Part shown: positions 1 through 13,997 of the stretch, in pieces
Layout of the letters: each line of letters opens with the position of its first letter
Position numbering within the stretch: the first letter of the stretch is position 1
From: Lingula anatina
Taxonomy: Eukaryota > Animalia > Brachiopoda
Length of the DNA: 64,000 nt
Direction of reading: 5' to 3'
Assembly: GCA_051362555.1 (NCBI GenBank)
Contig: CM120646.1
Location: 1-64,000 of the forward strand
The notes under the pieces: generated by a model
Database searches by the model: none
Seen by the model: only the letters and a program-made list of their open reading frames with translations
What the model was told of the DNA's origin: nothing
Position numbers and translations under genes: made by a program

Positions 1-3000
1 CCCTAACCCTAACCCTAACCCTAACCCTAACCCTAACCCTAACCCTAACCCACCTAACCCTAACCCTAACCCTAACCCTAACCCTAACCCTAACCCTAAC
101 CCTAACCCTAACCCTAACCCTAACCCTAACCCTAACCCTAACCCTAACCCTAACCCTAACCCTAACCCTAACCCTAACCCTAACCCTAACCCTAACCCTA
201 ACCCTAACCCTAACCCTAACCCTAACCCTAACCCTAACCCTAACCCTAACCCTAACCCTAACCCTAACCCTAACCCTAACCCTAACCCTAACCCTAACCC
301 TAACCCTAACCCTAACCCTAACCCTAACCCTAACCCTAACCCTAACCCTAACCCTAACCCTAACCCTAACCCTAACCCTAACCCTAACCCTAACCCTAAC
401 CCTAACCCTAACCCTAACCCTAACCCTAACCCTAACCCTAACCCTAACCCTAACCCTAACCCTAACCCTAACCCTAACCCTAACCCTAACCCTAACCCTA
501 ACCCTAACCCTAACCCTAACCCTAACCCTAACCCTAACCCTAACCCTAACCCTAACCCTAACCCTAACCCTAACCCTAACCCTAACCCTAACCCTAACCC
601 TAACCCTAACCCTAACCCTAACCCTAACCCTAACCCTAACCCTAACCCTAACCCTAACCCTAACCCTAACCCTAACCCTAACCCTAACCCTAACCCTAAC
701 CCTAACCCTAACCCTAACCCTAACCCTAACCCTAACCCTAACCCTAACCCTAACCCTAACCCTAACCCTAACCCTAACCCTAACCCTAACCCTAACCCTA
801 ACCCTAACCCTAACCCTAACCCTAACCCTAACCCTAACCCTAACCCTAACCCTAACCCTAACCCTAACCCTAACCCTAACCCTAACCCTAACCCTAACCC
901 TAACCCTAACCCTAACCCTAACCCTAACCCTAACCCTAACCCTAACCCTAACCCTAACCCTAACCCTAACCCTAACCCTAACCCTAACCCTAACCCTAAC
1001 CCTAACCCTAACCCTAACCCTAACCCTAACCCTAACCCTAACCCTAACCCTAACCCTAACCCTAACCCTAACCCTAACCCTAACCCTAACCCTAACCCTA
1101 ACCCTAACCCTAACCCTAACCCTAACCCTAACCCTAACCCTAACCCTAACCCTAACCCTAACCCTAACCCTAACCCTAACCCTAACCCTAACCCTAACCC
1201 TAACCCTAACCCTAACCCTAACCCTAACCCTAACCCTAACCCTAACCCTAACCCTAACCCTAACCCTAACCCTAACCCTAACCCTAACCCTAACCCTAAC
1301 CCTAACCCTAACCCTAACCCTAACCCTAACCCTAACCCTAACCCTAACCCTAACCCTAACCCTAACCCTAACCCTAACCCTAACCCTAACCCTAACCCTA
1401 ACCCTAACCCTAACCCTAACCCTAACCCTAACCCTAACCCTAACCCTAACCCTAACCCTAACCCTAACCCTAACCCTAACCCTAACCCTAACCCTAACCC
1501 TAACCCTAACCCTAACCCTAACCCTAACCCTAACCCTAACCCTAACCCTAACCCTAACCCTAACCCTAACCCTAACCCTAACCCTAACCCTAACCCTAAC
1601 CCTAACCCTAACCCTAACCCTAACCCTAACCCTAACCCTAACCCTAACCCTAACCCTAACCCTAACCCTAACCCTAACCCTAACCCTAACCCTAACCCTA
1701 ACCCTAACCCTAACCCTAACCCTAACCCTAACCCTAACCCTAACCCTAACCCTAACCCTAACCCTAACCCTAACCCTAACCCTAACCCTAACCCTAACCC
1801 TAACCCTAACCCTAACCCTAACCCTAACCCTAACCCTAACCCTAACCCTAACCCTAACCCTAACCCTAACCCTAACCCTAACCCTAACCCTAACCCTAAC
1901 CCTAACCCTAACCCTAACCCTAACCCTAACCCTAACCCTAACCCTAACCCTAACCCTAACCCTAACCCTAACCCTAACCCTAACCCTAACCCTAACCCTA
2001 ACCCTAACCCTAACCCTAACCCTAACCCTAACCCTAACCCTAACCCTAACCCTAACCCTAACCCTAACCCTAACCCTAACCCTAACCCTAACCCTAACCC
2101 TAACCCTAACCCTAACCCTAACCCTAACCCTAACCCTAACCCTAACCCTAACCCTAACCCTAACCCTAACCCTAACCCTAACCCTAACCCTAACCCTAAC
2201 CCTAACCCTAACCCTAACCCTAACCCTAACCCTAACCCTAACCCTAACCCTAACCCTAACCCTAACCCTAACCCTAACCCTAACCCTAACCCTAACCCTA
2301 ACCCTAACCCTAACCCTAACCCTAACCCTAACCCTAACCCTAACCCTAACCCTAACCCTAACCCTAACCCTAACCCTAACCCTAACCCTAACCCTAACCC
2401 TAACCCTAACCCTAACCCTAACCCTAACCCTAACCCTAACCCTAACCCTAACCCTAACCCTAACCCTAACCCTAACCCTAACCCTAACCCTAACCCTAAC
2501 CCTAACCCTAACCCTAACCCTAACCCTAACCCTAACCCTAACCCTAACCCTAACCCTAACCCTAACCCTAACCCTAACCCTAACCCTAACCCTAACCCTA
2601 ACCCTAACCCTAACCCTAACCCTAACCCTAACCCTAACCCTAACCCTAACCCTAACCCTAACCCTAACCCTAACCCTAACCCTAACCCTAACCCTAACCC
2701 TAACCCTAACCCTAACCCTAACCCTAACCCTAACCCTAACCCTAACCCTAACCCTAACCCTAACCCTAACCCTAACCCTAACCCTAACCCTAACCCTAAC
2801 CCTAACCCTAACCCTAACCCTAACCCTAACCCTAACCCTAACCCTAACCCTAACCCTAACCCTAACCCTAACCCTAACCCTAACCCTAACCCTAACCCTA
2901 ACCCTAACCCTAACCCTAACCCTAACCCTAACCCTAACCCTAACCCTAACCCTAACCCTAACCCTAACCCTAACCCTAACCCTAACCCTAACCCTAACCC

Positions 3001-6000
3001 TAACCCTAACCCTAACCCTAACCCTAACCCTAACCCTAACCCTAACCCTAACCCTAACCCTAACCCTAACCCTAACCCTAACCCTAACCCTAACCCTAAC
3101 CCTAACCCTAACCCTAACCCTAACCCTAACCCTAACCCTAACCCTAACCCTAACCCTAACCCTAACCCTAACCCTAACCCTAACCCTAACCCTAACCCTA
3201 ACCCTAACCCTAACCCTAACCCTAACCCTAACCCTAACCCTAACCCTAACCCTAACCCTAACCCTAACCCTAACCCTAACCCTAACCCTAACCCTAACCC
3301 TAACCCTAACCCTAACCCTAACCCTAACCCTAACCCTAACCCTAACCCTAACCCTAACCCTAACCCTAACCCTAACCCTAACCCTAACCCTAACCCTAAC
3401 CCTAACCCTAACCCTAACCCTAACCCTAACCCTAACCCTAACCCTAACCCTAACCCTAACCCTAACCCTAACCCTAACCCTAACCCTAACCCTAACCCTA
3501 ACCCTAACCCTAACCCTAACCCTAACCCTAACCCTAACCCTAACCCTAACCCTAACCCTAACCCTAACCCTAACCCTAACCCTAACCCTAACCCTAACCC
3601 TAACCCTAACCCTAACCCTAACCCTAACCCTAACCCTAACCCTAACCCTAACCCTAACCCTAACCCTAACCCTAACCCTAACCCTAACCCTAACCCTAAC
3701 CCTAACCCTAACCCTAACCCTAACCCTAACCCTAACCCTAACCCTAACCCTAACCCTAACCCTAACCCTAACCCTAACCCTAACCCTAACCCTAACCCTA
3801 ACCCTAACCCTAACCCTAACCCTAACCCTAACCCTAACCCTAACCCTAACCCTAACCCTAACCCTAACCCTAACCCTAACCCTAACCCTAACCCTAACCC
3901 TAACCCTAACCCTAACCCTAACCCTAACCCTAACCCTAACCCTAACCCTAACCCTAACCCTAACCCTAACCCTAACCCTAACCCTAACCCTAACCCTAAC
4001 CCTAACCCTAACCCTAACCCTAACCCTAACCCTAACCCTAACCCTAACCCTAACCCTAACCCTAACCCTAACCCTAACCCTAACCCTAACCCTAACCCTA
4101 ACCCTAACCCTAACCCTAACCCTAACCCTAACCCTAACCCTAACCCTAACCCTAACCCTAACCCTAACCCTAACCCTAACCCTAACCCTAACCCTAACCC
4201 TAACCCTAACCCTAACCCTAACCCTAACCCTAACCCTAACCCTAACCCTAACCCTAACCCTAACCCTAACCCTAACCCTAACCCTAACCCTAACCCTAAC
4301 CCTAACCCTAACCCTAACCCTAACCCTAACCCTAACCCTAACCCTAACCCTAACCCTAACCCTAACCCTAACCCTAACCCTAACCCTAACCCTAACCCTA
4401 ACCCTAACCCTAACCCTAACCCTAACCCTAACCCTAACCCTAACCCTAACCCTAACCCTAACCCTAACCCTAACCCTAACCCTAACCCTAACCCTAACCC
4501 TAACCCTAACCCTAACCCTAACCCTAACCCTAACCCTAACCCTAACCCTAACCCTAACCCTAACCCTAACCCTAACCCTAACCCTAACCCTAACCCTAAC
4601 CCTAACCCTAACCCTAACCCTAACCCTAACCCTAACCCTAACCCTAACCCTAACCCTAACCCTAACCCTAACCCTAACCCTAACCCTAACCCTAACCCTA
4701 ACCCTAACCCTAACCCTAACCCTAACCCTAACCCTAACCCTAACCCTAACCCTAACCCTAACCCTAACCCTAACCCTAACCCTAACCCTAACCCTAACCC
4801 TAACCCTAACCCTAACCCTAACCCTAACCCTAACCCTAACCCTAACCCTAACCCTAACCCTAACCCTAACCCTAACCCTAACCCTAACCCTAACCCTAAC
4901 CCTAACCCTAACCCTAACCCTAACCCTAACCCTAACCCTAACCCTAACCCTAACCCTAACCCTAACCCTAACCCTAACCCTAACCCTAACCCTAACCCTA
5001 ACCCTAACCCTAACCCTAACCCTAACCCTAACCCTAACCCTAACCCTAACCCTAACCCTAACCCTAACCCTAACCCTAACCCTAACCCTAACCCTAACCC
5101 TAACCCTAACCCTAACCCTAACCCTAACCCTAACCCTAACCCTAACCCTAACCCTAACCCTAACCCTAACCCTAACCCTAACCCTAACCCTAACCCTAAC
5201 CCTAACCCTAACCCTAACCCTAACCCTAACCCTAACCCTAACCCTAACCCTAACCCTAACCCTAACCCTAACCCTAACCCTAACCCTAACCCTAACCCTA
5301 ACCCTAACCCTAACCCTAACCCTAACCCTAACCCTAACCCTAACCCTAACCCTAACCCTAACCCTAACCCTAACCCTAACCCTAACCCTAACCCTAACCC
5401 TAACCCTAACCCTAACCCTAACCCTAACCCTAACCCTAACCCTAACCCTAACCCTAACCCTAACCCTAACCCTAACCCTAACCCTAACCCTAACCCTAAC
5501 CCTAACCCTAACCCTAACCCTAACCCTAACCCTAACCCTAACCCTAACCCTAACCCTAACCCTAACCCTAACCCTAACCCTAACCCTAACCCTAACCCTA
5601 ACCCTAACCCTAACCCTAACCCTAACCCTAACCCTAACCCTAACCCTAACCCTAACCCTAACCCTAACCCTAACCCTAACCCTAACCCTAACCCTAACCC
5701 TAACCCTAACCCTAACCCTAACCCTAACCCTAACCCTAACCCTAACCCTAACCCTAACCCTAACCCTAACCCTAACCCTAACCCTAACCCTAACCCTAAC
5801 CCTAACCCTAACCCTAACCCTAACCCTAACCCTAACCCTAACCCTAACCCTAACCCTAACCCTAACCCTAACCCTAACCCTAACCCTAACCCTAACCCTA
5901 ACCCTAACCCTAACCCTAACCCTAACCCTAACCCTAACCCTAACCCTAACCCTAACCCTAACCCTAACCCTAACCCTAACCCTAACCCTAACCCTAACCC

Positions 6001-7936
6001 TAACCCTAACCCTAACCCTAACCCTAACCCTAACCCTAACCCTAACCCTAACCCTAACCCTAACCCTAACCCTAACCCTAACCCTAACCCTAACCCTAAC
6101 CCTAACCCTAACCCTAACCCTAACCCTAACCCTAACCCTAACCCTAACCCTAACCCTAACCCTAACCCTAACCCTAACCCTAACCCTAACCCTAACCCTA
6201 ACCCTAACCCTAACCCTAACCCTAACCCTAACCCTAACCCTAACCCTAACCCTAACCCTAACCCTAACCCTAACCCTAACCCTAACCCTAACCCTAACCC
6301 TAACCCTAACCCTAACCCTAACCCTAACCCTAACCCTAACCCTAACCCTAACCCTAACCCTAACCCTAACCCTAACCCTAACCCTAACCCTAACCCTAAC
6401 CCTAACCCTAACCCTAACCCTAACCCTAACCCTAACCCTAACCCTAACCCTAACCCTAACCCTAACCCTAACCCTAACCCTAACCCTAACCCTAACCCTA
6501 ACCCTAACCCTAACCCTAACCCTAACCCTAACCCTAACCCTAACCCTAACCCTAACCCTAACCCTAACCCTAACCCTAACCCTAACCCTAACCCTAACCC
6601 TAACCCTAACCCTAACCCTAACCCTAACCCTAACCCTAACCCTAACCCTAACCCTAACCCTAACCCTAACCCTAACCCTAACCCTAACCCTAACCCTAAC
6701 CCTAACCCTAACCCTAACCCTAACCCTAACCCTAACCCTAACCCTAACCCTAACCCTAACCCTAACCCTAACCCTAACCCTAACCCTAACCCTAACCCTA
6801 ACCCTAACCCTAACCCTAACCCTAACCCTAACCCTAACCCTAACCCTAACCCTAACCCTAACCCTAACCCTAACCCTAACCCTAACCCTAACCCTAACCC
6901 TAACCCTAACCCTAACCCTAACCCTAACCCTAACCCTAACCCTAACCCTAACCCTAACCCTAACCCTAACCCTAACCCTAACCCTAACCCTAACCCTAAC
7001 CCTAACCCTAACCCTAACCCTAACCCTAACCCTAACCCTAACCCTAACCCTAACCCTAACCCTAACCCTAACCCTAACCCTAACCCTAACCCTAACCCTA
7101 ACCCTAACCCTAACCCTAACCCTAACCCTAACCCTAACCCTAACCCTAACCCTAACCCTAACCCTAACCCTAACCCTAACCCTAACCCTAACCCTAACCC
7201 TAACCCTAACCCTAACCCTAACCCTAACCCTAACCCTAACCCTAACCCTAACCCTAACCCTAACCCTAACCCTAACCCTAACCCTAACCCTAACCCTAAC
7301 CCTAACCCTAACCCTAACCCTAACCCTAACCCTAACCCTAACCCTAACCCTAACCCTAACCCTAACCCTAACCCTAACCCTAACCCTAACCCTAACCCTA
7401 ACCCTAACCCTAACCCTAACCCTAACCCTAACCCTAACCCTAACCCTAACCCTAACCCTAACCCTAACCCTAACCCTAACCCTAACCCTAACCCTAACCC
7501 TAACCCCTAACCCTAACCCCTAACCCTAACCCTAACCCTAACCCTAACCCTAACCCTAACCCTAACCCTAACCCTAACCCTAACCCTAACCCTAACCCTA
7601 ACCCTAACCCTAACCCTAACCCTAACCCTAACCCTAACCCTAACCCTAACCCTAACCCTAACCCCTAACCCCTAACCCTAACCCTAACCCTAACCCTAAC
7701 CCTAACCCTAACCCTAACCCTAACCCTAACCCTAACCCTAACCCTAACCCTAACCCTAACCCTAACCCTAACCCTAACCCTAACCCTAACCCCAACCCTA
7801 ACCCTAACCCTAACCCTAACCCTAACCCTAACCCTAACCCCTAACCCTAACCCTAACCCTAACCCTAACCCTAACCCTAAACCTAACCCTAACCCTAACC
7901 CTACCCCTAACCCTAAACCTAACCCTAACTCTAACT
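1..7936. repeat. Telomeric repeat array (CCCTAA)n / (TTAGGG)n, left chromosome end
   Basis: Near-perfect CCCTAA array from base 1. Variant units (CCCCTAA, CCCCAA, ACCTAA, CTCTAA) cluster in the proximal ~430 bp (7501-7936). Confidence 0.99.
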
Positions 7937-8235
7937 AGAGAGTTAATGTTTTGTGTTAGGGTTTATTTTTATATAACTGTCTAAAAGGACTGTTGATTTA
8001 CTATTGGAGGCCATTTTGGAATATTTTTATATTGTGGCACGCAGTTTTTTTTTTTTTCTTTTACAATTTCTTCATATTGTTTCTTTATATTTTATTATGA
8101 TAGTTTGATGTTTTATGTCATTCAACGCACATTTACTAGAGGGTATGTACGCTCATCTTATATTAAATGGGTGTGTTTGACGGCCATATCAGAGAAGTTG
8201 AGAGTAAAAATAAACAAGTAAAAATCAATTAACAA

Positions 8236-8241
8236 TTTATT
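8236..8241 (-). promoter_or_regulatory. Candidate polyadenylation signal (AATAAA) of the telomere-proximal gene
   Basis: tttatt on the + strand about 200 bp past the stop codon. The context is AT-rich, so specificity is low. Confidence 0.4.
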
Positions 8242-8438
8242 TTTAATGACACAACTTTAAACTGAATTGGACCAAGTGTGTTCCAAATGGTCTTAAATAA
8301 AAGTTAAAAAACAACAATAATGGATATTATCTGGAAAACATATTCAATAAAAATAGTTTGTTAAACAAAAAGAGCAAATACACTTTATCTTCTGGAGATA
8401 GTACCTATGATTATACAAATAAATCTTAGATCATTATT

Positions 8439-10905
8439 TTAATAAACCATGTCAAGATAGGCCATGGCTAATGCAATGTTTGTATTTCTGTCCTGTGCCA
8501 CACTGGGGGCGCTGGCTTCATCAGTGTTACTGGAGAAAAGGGCATCATTATTTAGGTCTTCACCACTGCCTTCATCAGTGTCAGTGGAGTTAACGACATC
8601 GTTATTTAGGTCTTCACCGCTGTCTTCATTAGAGTCACTAGATAGGACCACATCATTAATTTGGCCATCGCCACTGTCTTCACTAGAGTCACTGGGGAGA
8701 ACATTGTTATTAAGGCTAGCACCACTGTCATTGTCAATGTCATTGTCATGATCTAAAGAGCTACTGTCGGGGCTATTTGACAAATCATTGGAATCAACGT
8801 TGCTACTTGTAATGTCATTGATAATAGAAGGGACGCTGTCAGCGGAAACTTCTCTGTTATTTTCAAGTGCAGGATGGTTGACACTGCCAGCATTACTGTT
8901 AGGATTAACATGGACAGGTATTGTCCCAGCATTGTCTGTTGGAGGCTCGTTAAAAACTGAAATCATCTCAGGGCCAGGGACAGCAGGGACGTCGGTTAAT
9001 GGCTCATCGGTGTTCGCGGGTTTTCTGGTAATGTTAGTTGTGTGTCCAGTGTTGGCATCACCACGTACATTATTTCCAGAGAATGCGCCCTCGCCAACTC
9101 TAACAACCCCACTGTCCTCATGGGCCACTGTGTTATCCTGCTCTGGTTTGGCTTGTTCAGCGGGAAAGTGAATAGGACCAAGAGCAGAAGAGTCATAGTT
9201 TTCATCATTTCCAAAGACTGTGCCCTCGACAACTCTAACAACTCCACCGCTGTTAGCAGCGTCTACGTTATTTTGCTCTGGTTTGGCTTGTTCAGCAGAA
9301 AAGTGAATAGGACCAAGAGCAGAAGAGTCATAGTTTTCATCATTTCCAGAGGCCACGCCCTCGACAACTCTAACAACTCCACCGCTGTTAGCAGCGTCTA
9401 CGTTATTTTGCTCTGGTTTGGCTTGTTCAGCAGAAAAGTGAATAGGACCAAGAGCAGAAGAGTCATAGTTTTCATCATTTCCAGAGGCCACGCCCTCGAC
9501 AACTCTAACAACTCCACCGCTGTTAGCAGCGTCTACGTTATTTTGCTCTGGTTTGGCTTGTTCAGCAGAAAAGTGAATCGGTCCAAGAGCAGAAGGGTCG
9601 TAGTCCCTAGATGGGCCCGTAGTTAGCAGGGTTTGCTGATCAGAGGGGTTGACGAGGACGTTAGGATTGAGCGGAGCAGGGTTGGTGTTCAGAGGTACCA
9701 ATGGATCGACCAGTGGAGTATTGTAGCGTCCTGCCCGGTTGTTTATCACAAACCGCCTCGGTTCAAGTTGACCACCAAATGCAGCCGGTTGTCTGAGAGG
9801 GAGACCCGCTCCTGGTCTCGTGTTTTGGAAGGTAGCCCTCAGAGGAGGTCCTGGCTGGAGGAGGGTGATGAGGCCACCATGGAAGGGACGGCGATGGGGC
9901 ACGGCTCGGGGGACGAAATTGGCAGGGTTTGGATCAAAATTGATCTCAGCGACACCTGGACCAGGACCAAATGGCTCCAGTCCAAATCCAGGCCCAATGA
10001 TTGGGTTCTGCAGACCGCGGAATCCTTGGGCTATGTGGGGCGGGAACCTGGCGAGAGGACCTGATATCCTGCGACTCAGAGTTCTGAACAAAGACTGTGT
10101 TATAATCTGAAAGAATAGAACATATGGTGTCAAAGACAAACAGGTGCGCAGATAATACAGGTAGAGAGCTATAGCAGTTAATACATCTGTATGCAGATAA
10201 TACAGGTAGAGAGCTATAGCAGTTAATACATCTGTATGCAGATAATACAGGTAGAGAGCTATAGCAGTTAATACACCTGTACGCAGATAATACAGGTAGA
10301 GAGCTATAGCAGTTAGAGGAGGCGGGAGGTAAGGTGCATGCTGGGACGGAGGTCGAAGTAAAAATATATCTACAATACATAACAAGATTATTTCTGAAAT
10401 CAAAAATGCAAGATGCTTATACCTTATTTAATCATTTGAAGAGGTTGAATGTTATACGCATACTGTGCAATTAGATGTATACCCCGGTAAGTTGTGTGAT
10501 CACAGAATTGATTACGGCACATTATGGCGGCACAAATGATTAAAGATCCTCTGTCTTTACTACCTACGTCTTTTTTACGATGTCACACAATATAATCTGT
10601 CATCTTATAAGTTGTGTTAGGCCCATGGTCTATATAAATCTTTATTTTCTAAGATTGAATCTTTCATTGTCTGTAAAAACCGAACCTTCTTCCTAGCTCT
10701 CTGAACTACAGGTATGTAGACATTTCTCAAGTCATAAAATTATGACTGTTTGTTACTGAAAGGAACATGGATGAATGTGTTCTTTTTTTAAACTCCCACT
10801 TTTATCTAGTATGACGATATAATATAATATACTAACCTGGTTACCATATTGAGCGCAAACCGCAGACAGACAGACAAGAATGATAGCAACAGTGCTTCTC
10901 TTCAT
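8439..10905 (-). CDS. Secreted low-complexity protein (~578 aa), putative extracellular or biomineral matrix protein; exons 10905-10837 and 10106-8439
   Basis: Exon 1 encodes signal peptide MKRSTVAIILVCLSAVCA-QYGNQ and ends CAG|GTTAGT. Phase-0 acceptor ttctttcag|ATTATA at 10106. The protein has a Pro/Gly/Arg/Phe-rich N-terminus, ~4 x 45-aa repeats and an Asp/Ser/Asn-rich acidic C-terminus. The N-terminal ~99 aa of the ORF-track protein are intronic. Confidence 0.85.
9075..9603 (-). repeat. Coding tandem repeat, 135-bp unit (45 aa: YDSSALGPIHFSAEQAKPEQNNVDAANSGGVVRVVEGVASGNDEN), ~4 copies
   Basis: The anchor aat(a/c)gg recurs at 9171, 9306, 9441 and 9576, a 135-bp period. Confidence 0.95.
10148..10313. 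repeat. Intronic 45-bp minisatellite, ~3.7 copies
   Basis: Repeated cagataatacaggtagagagctatagcagttaatacatctgtatg. It produces the LTAIALYLYYL repeats in the ORF track. Confidence 0.9.
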
Positions 10906-11444
10906 GGTGAAGGTGCATGTAGCCTCTACTGGTCACTGGAAAACTCTGCACTAGACAATGCTGTGTTGGACTGTGAAAGACACTGACTAAGGCTTTGCCT
11001 TTTGTAAGGACAATGTACATGTGCACTCATTATGGTTCACAGATTAGCCTTGTTATATCCTTAGTGTATGATATGCAAAACCTGACAATCGTCACGCTAT
11101 CAGTTCTCTCATATTACTACTTATTAATCAGAGGTGTGCGACGACCTGATGTATTCATTAAGATACATCACTGATATCTGATGAAGTAAAAGGTGTCTTT
11201 ATTGTAAGGGATGTAATAGTTAATTAAGGTGAAGGTTGACTGAAGACTCGCCCTTAATTAAACCAAGATATCAGATTGTTATTAGCTGGAGTTAAAATGG
11301 AACATTATAACTCTGGGAATGGAACAAAGGATAATGGGTCGTTAGGGGCCGTGCATTTGACTCAACGTGTTTTGAGATGATTTGTATTGGGGTCAATATA
11401 TGTAATGATGCATCACGCCACCTAGAAGAAAACATAAAAGCATT

Positions 11445-11690
11445 AACCCTGAACCCTATTTAAAAACGAATAACCTACTTACCCACAACAAACTTTTGGC
11501 AAAAATGTGAATCAGTGATCACAACCTATAGACTGAAAGAGGGCGATACACAAACCTCAAGAGACAAGGGCAAGCGAGAATAAAGTCCCCAATGTGACAG
11601 GGTGGAAGATGAGATTAATTTCTTTCTTGAATGCAACAATAATGAAGTCGAGAATAAATAACTGTTTGAATCCATACAGGGTGTGGTTGC
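11445..11690 (+). mobile_element. Decayed 3' fragment of a non-LTR retrotransposon (RTE-X-like ORF2 C-terminus)
   Basis: Translates with stops and a frameshift as EPYLK...LAKM*ISDHNL*TERGRYTN...CDRVEDEINFFLEC, the same motif set as the fragment at 14441-14960. Confidence 0.65.
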
Positions 11691-11700
11691 TATTGCAAAA

Positions 11701-11952
11701 TATGTTATAGTAATATGTAATACTAATATGTAATAGTAATATGTAATACTAATATGTAATAGTAATATGTAATAGTAATATGTAATACTAATATGTAATA
11801 GTAATATGTAATAGTAATATGTAATTGTAATATCTAATACTAATATGTAATAGTAATATGTAATAGTAATATGTAATAGTAATATGTAATTGTAATATCT
11901 AATACTAATATGTAATAGTAATATGTGATACTAATATGTAATAGTAATATGT
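11701..11952. repeat. 13-bp tandem repeat (TAATATGTAATAG/C)n
   Basis: About 19 units, directly 3' of the retroelement fragment. Confidence 0.95.
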
Positions 11953-13027
11953 TTGCCGAAGGAGTACGGAGGTGATAAAATGTCCTCTTCAAAACTAAAC
12001 ATTTTTTAAATTTTTTCCTATGTTAAATACAGGAAAGGTCCCGTTTACTTTCCACTTGCTAACATCATGCATCCGCCGGTGGTAGGGTGTTTAACTTTAA
12101 TCTGGTAAATGGTTCCATGGTCACCGATATTTTTTCCTAAATACATACATATATCCATGGAGTGATTTATAGCAGTACAAGCTATTGAGCAGCCGATGCC
12201 GAGGCCAAATTGATATGAGCTGCTTTGCCGAACTTACGTTCGACAAGTCAGATTATTTTTGTTTACATCTAAGACTGTTGAATTTTGTTATTAAAGCAAC
12301 CCGGCTTTCTTCACTAGCTGTACTTCACTTTATCACTAACATCAGCTCGTCGAGGCAATTCACACGCAGTGCCCCAATCTTGATAAGGTACTGGGTGAAA
12401 TGGGCCATTAATGCACTTCTGTATCAGCTTACTCATCTTAAAGAGCTCCATTTCCTCTACCAGAGATTTGTCTTAGTCTTTAATACAAGGGTATTTGTTT
12501 CCTAACGTTAATGCATGTAGTAGCACCATCTGAAAGTAGCAGAATTGTTTAAGACCGTAGCCATAATCAGGCACGTAGTTTCTTCATTTAAGACATGAGT
12601 TTTATCAGTCGAGTAATGACATCTTAGAGACAATATACGAGACAAAATATGCAGACTTGGAATATGGATTTTTTCCAAATCATTTTTCATCATTTTTTCC
12701 TATTTTGCTAACTGATAAATGAAAATAAGGATTAAAATCGTATGTTAATACTTTTAATAATATCTTTGTTGTCATTGTGACATCAGTTCATTAATTGAAT
12801 TCGCCAGTGAAGCAAACAAAATGTATTTCCTTTTCTAAGTCATACGACAACCAAGCAATATTTGGATCTCCATATTTTTCAAATTAACATCTGTAAAAGA
12901 GTTACACGCCCCAGAAAGGACCCTCATGTCAGTGTCTATCCACAGCAACGATCGCATATCGAGACGATATTCGGGACATAAAATATATAATAAATATACA
13001 TCTGATGACATCTAAGGGACAAAATAC

Positions 13028-13768
13028 GACATCTTAGAGACTATATACGGGACATAAACTATATATCTGATGACATCTTAGAGACTATATACGGGACATA
13101 AACTATATATGTGATGACATCTTAGAAACTTTATACGGGACATAAACTACATATCTGATGACATCTTAGAGACTATATACGGGACATAAACTATATATCT
13201 GATGACATCTTTAGAAACTATATACGGGGCATAAACTATATATCTGATGACATCTTAGAGACTATATACGGGACATAAACTATATATCTGATGACATCTT
13301 AGAGACTATATACGGGACATAAACTATATATCTGACGACATCTTAGAGACTATATACGGGACATAAACTATATATCTGATGACATCTTTAGAGACTATAT
13401 ACGGGGCATAAACTATATATCTGATGACATCTTAGAGACTATATACGGGACATAAACTATATATCTGATGACATCTTAGAGACTATATACGGGACATAAA
13501 CTATATATCTGACGACATCTTAGAGACTATATACGGGACATAAACTATATATCTGATGACATCTTTAGAGACTATATACGGGACATAAACTATATATCTG
13601 ATGACATCTTAGAGACTATATACGGGACATAAACTATATATCTGATGACATCTTAGAGACTATATACGGGACATAAACTATATATCTGATGACATCTTTA
13701 GAGACTATATACGGGACATAAACTATATATCTGATGACATCTTTAGAGACTATATACGGGACATAAAA
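13028..13768. repeat. 44-bp minisatellite, ~17 copies
   Basis: Unit gacatcttagagactatatacgggacataaactatatatctgat, some units with one extra T. Confidence 0.97.
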
Positions 13769-13997
13769 TGCCATTATGCCGGAGAGTCACAATTTGCAAA
13801 TAATATGAAGGTGTTGTTTTCTGATTCCATTGATTGTTTTCTGTTGTCACTACTTTATGAGTTAGTGTGAGTTTCTGTATGTGCGCACAACGTTTTACGG
13901 CCCTCATTCTTATTTGTTATGTAAATATGATACATAGACGTATTTTCTTCTGATTTCATTGTTTTTTCCCTGTTGTCGTGACTCTGTGGTTGCGTAG

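Noticed and set aside
45-60. Single variant unit (cacctaa) in the distal telomere
   Set aside because: Probably a consensus error at the low-coverage contig end.
8464-10110. Several plus-strand ORFs overlapping the acidic protein gene; likewise antisense ORFs at 19224-19571 and 26232-26618
   Set aside because: Antisense shadows of low-complexity coding sequence.
10107-10403. N-terminal LTAIALYLYYL repeats of the 654-aa ORF as a membrane domain
   Set aside because: This is an intronic 45-bp minisatellite upstream of a clear acceptor at 10107. The real N-terminus is the signal-peptide exon 10905-10837.
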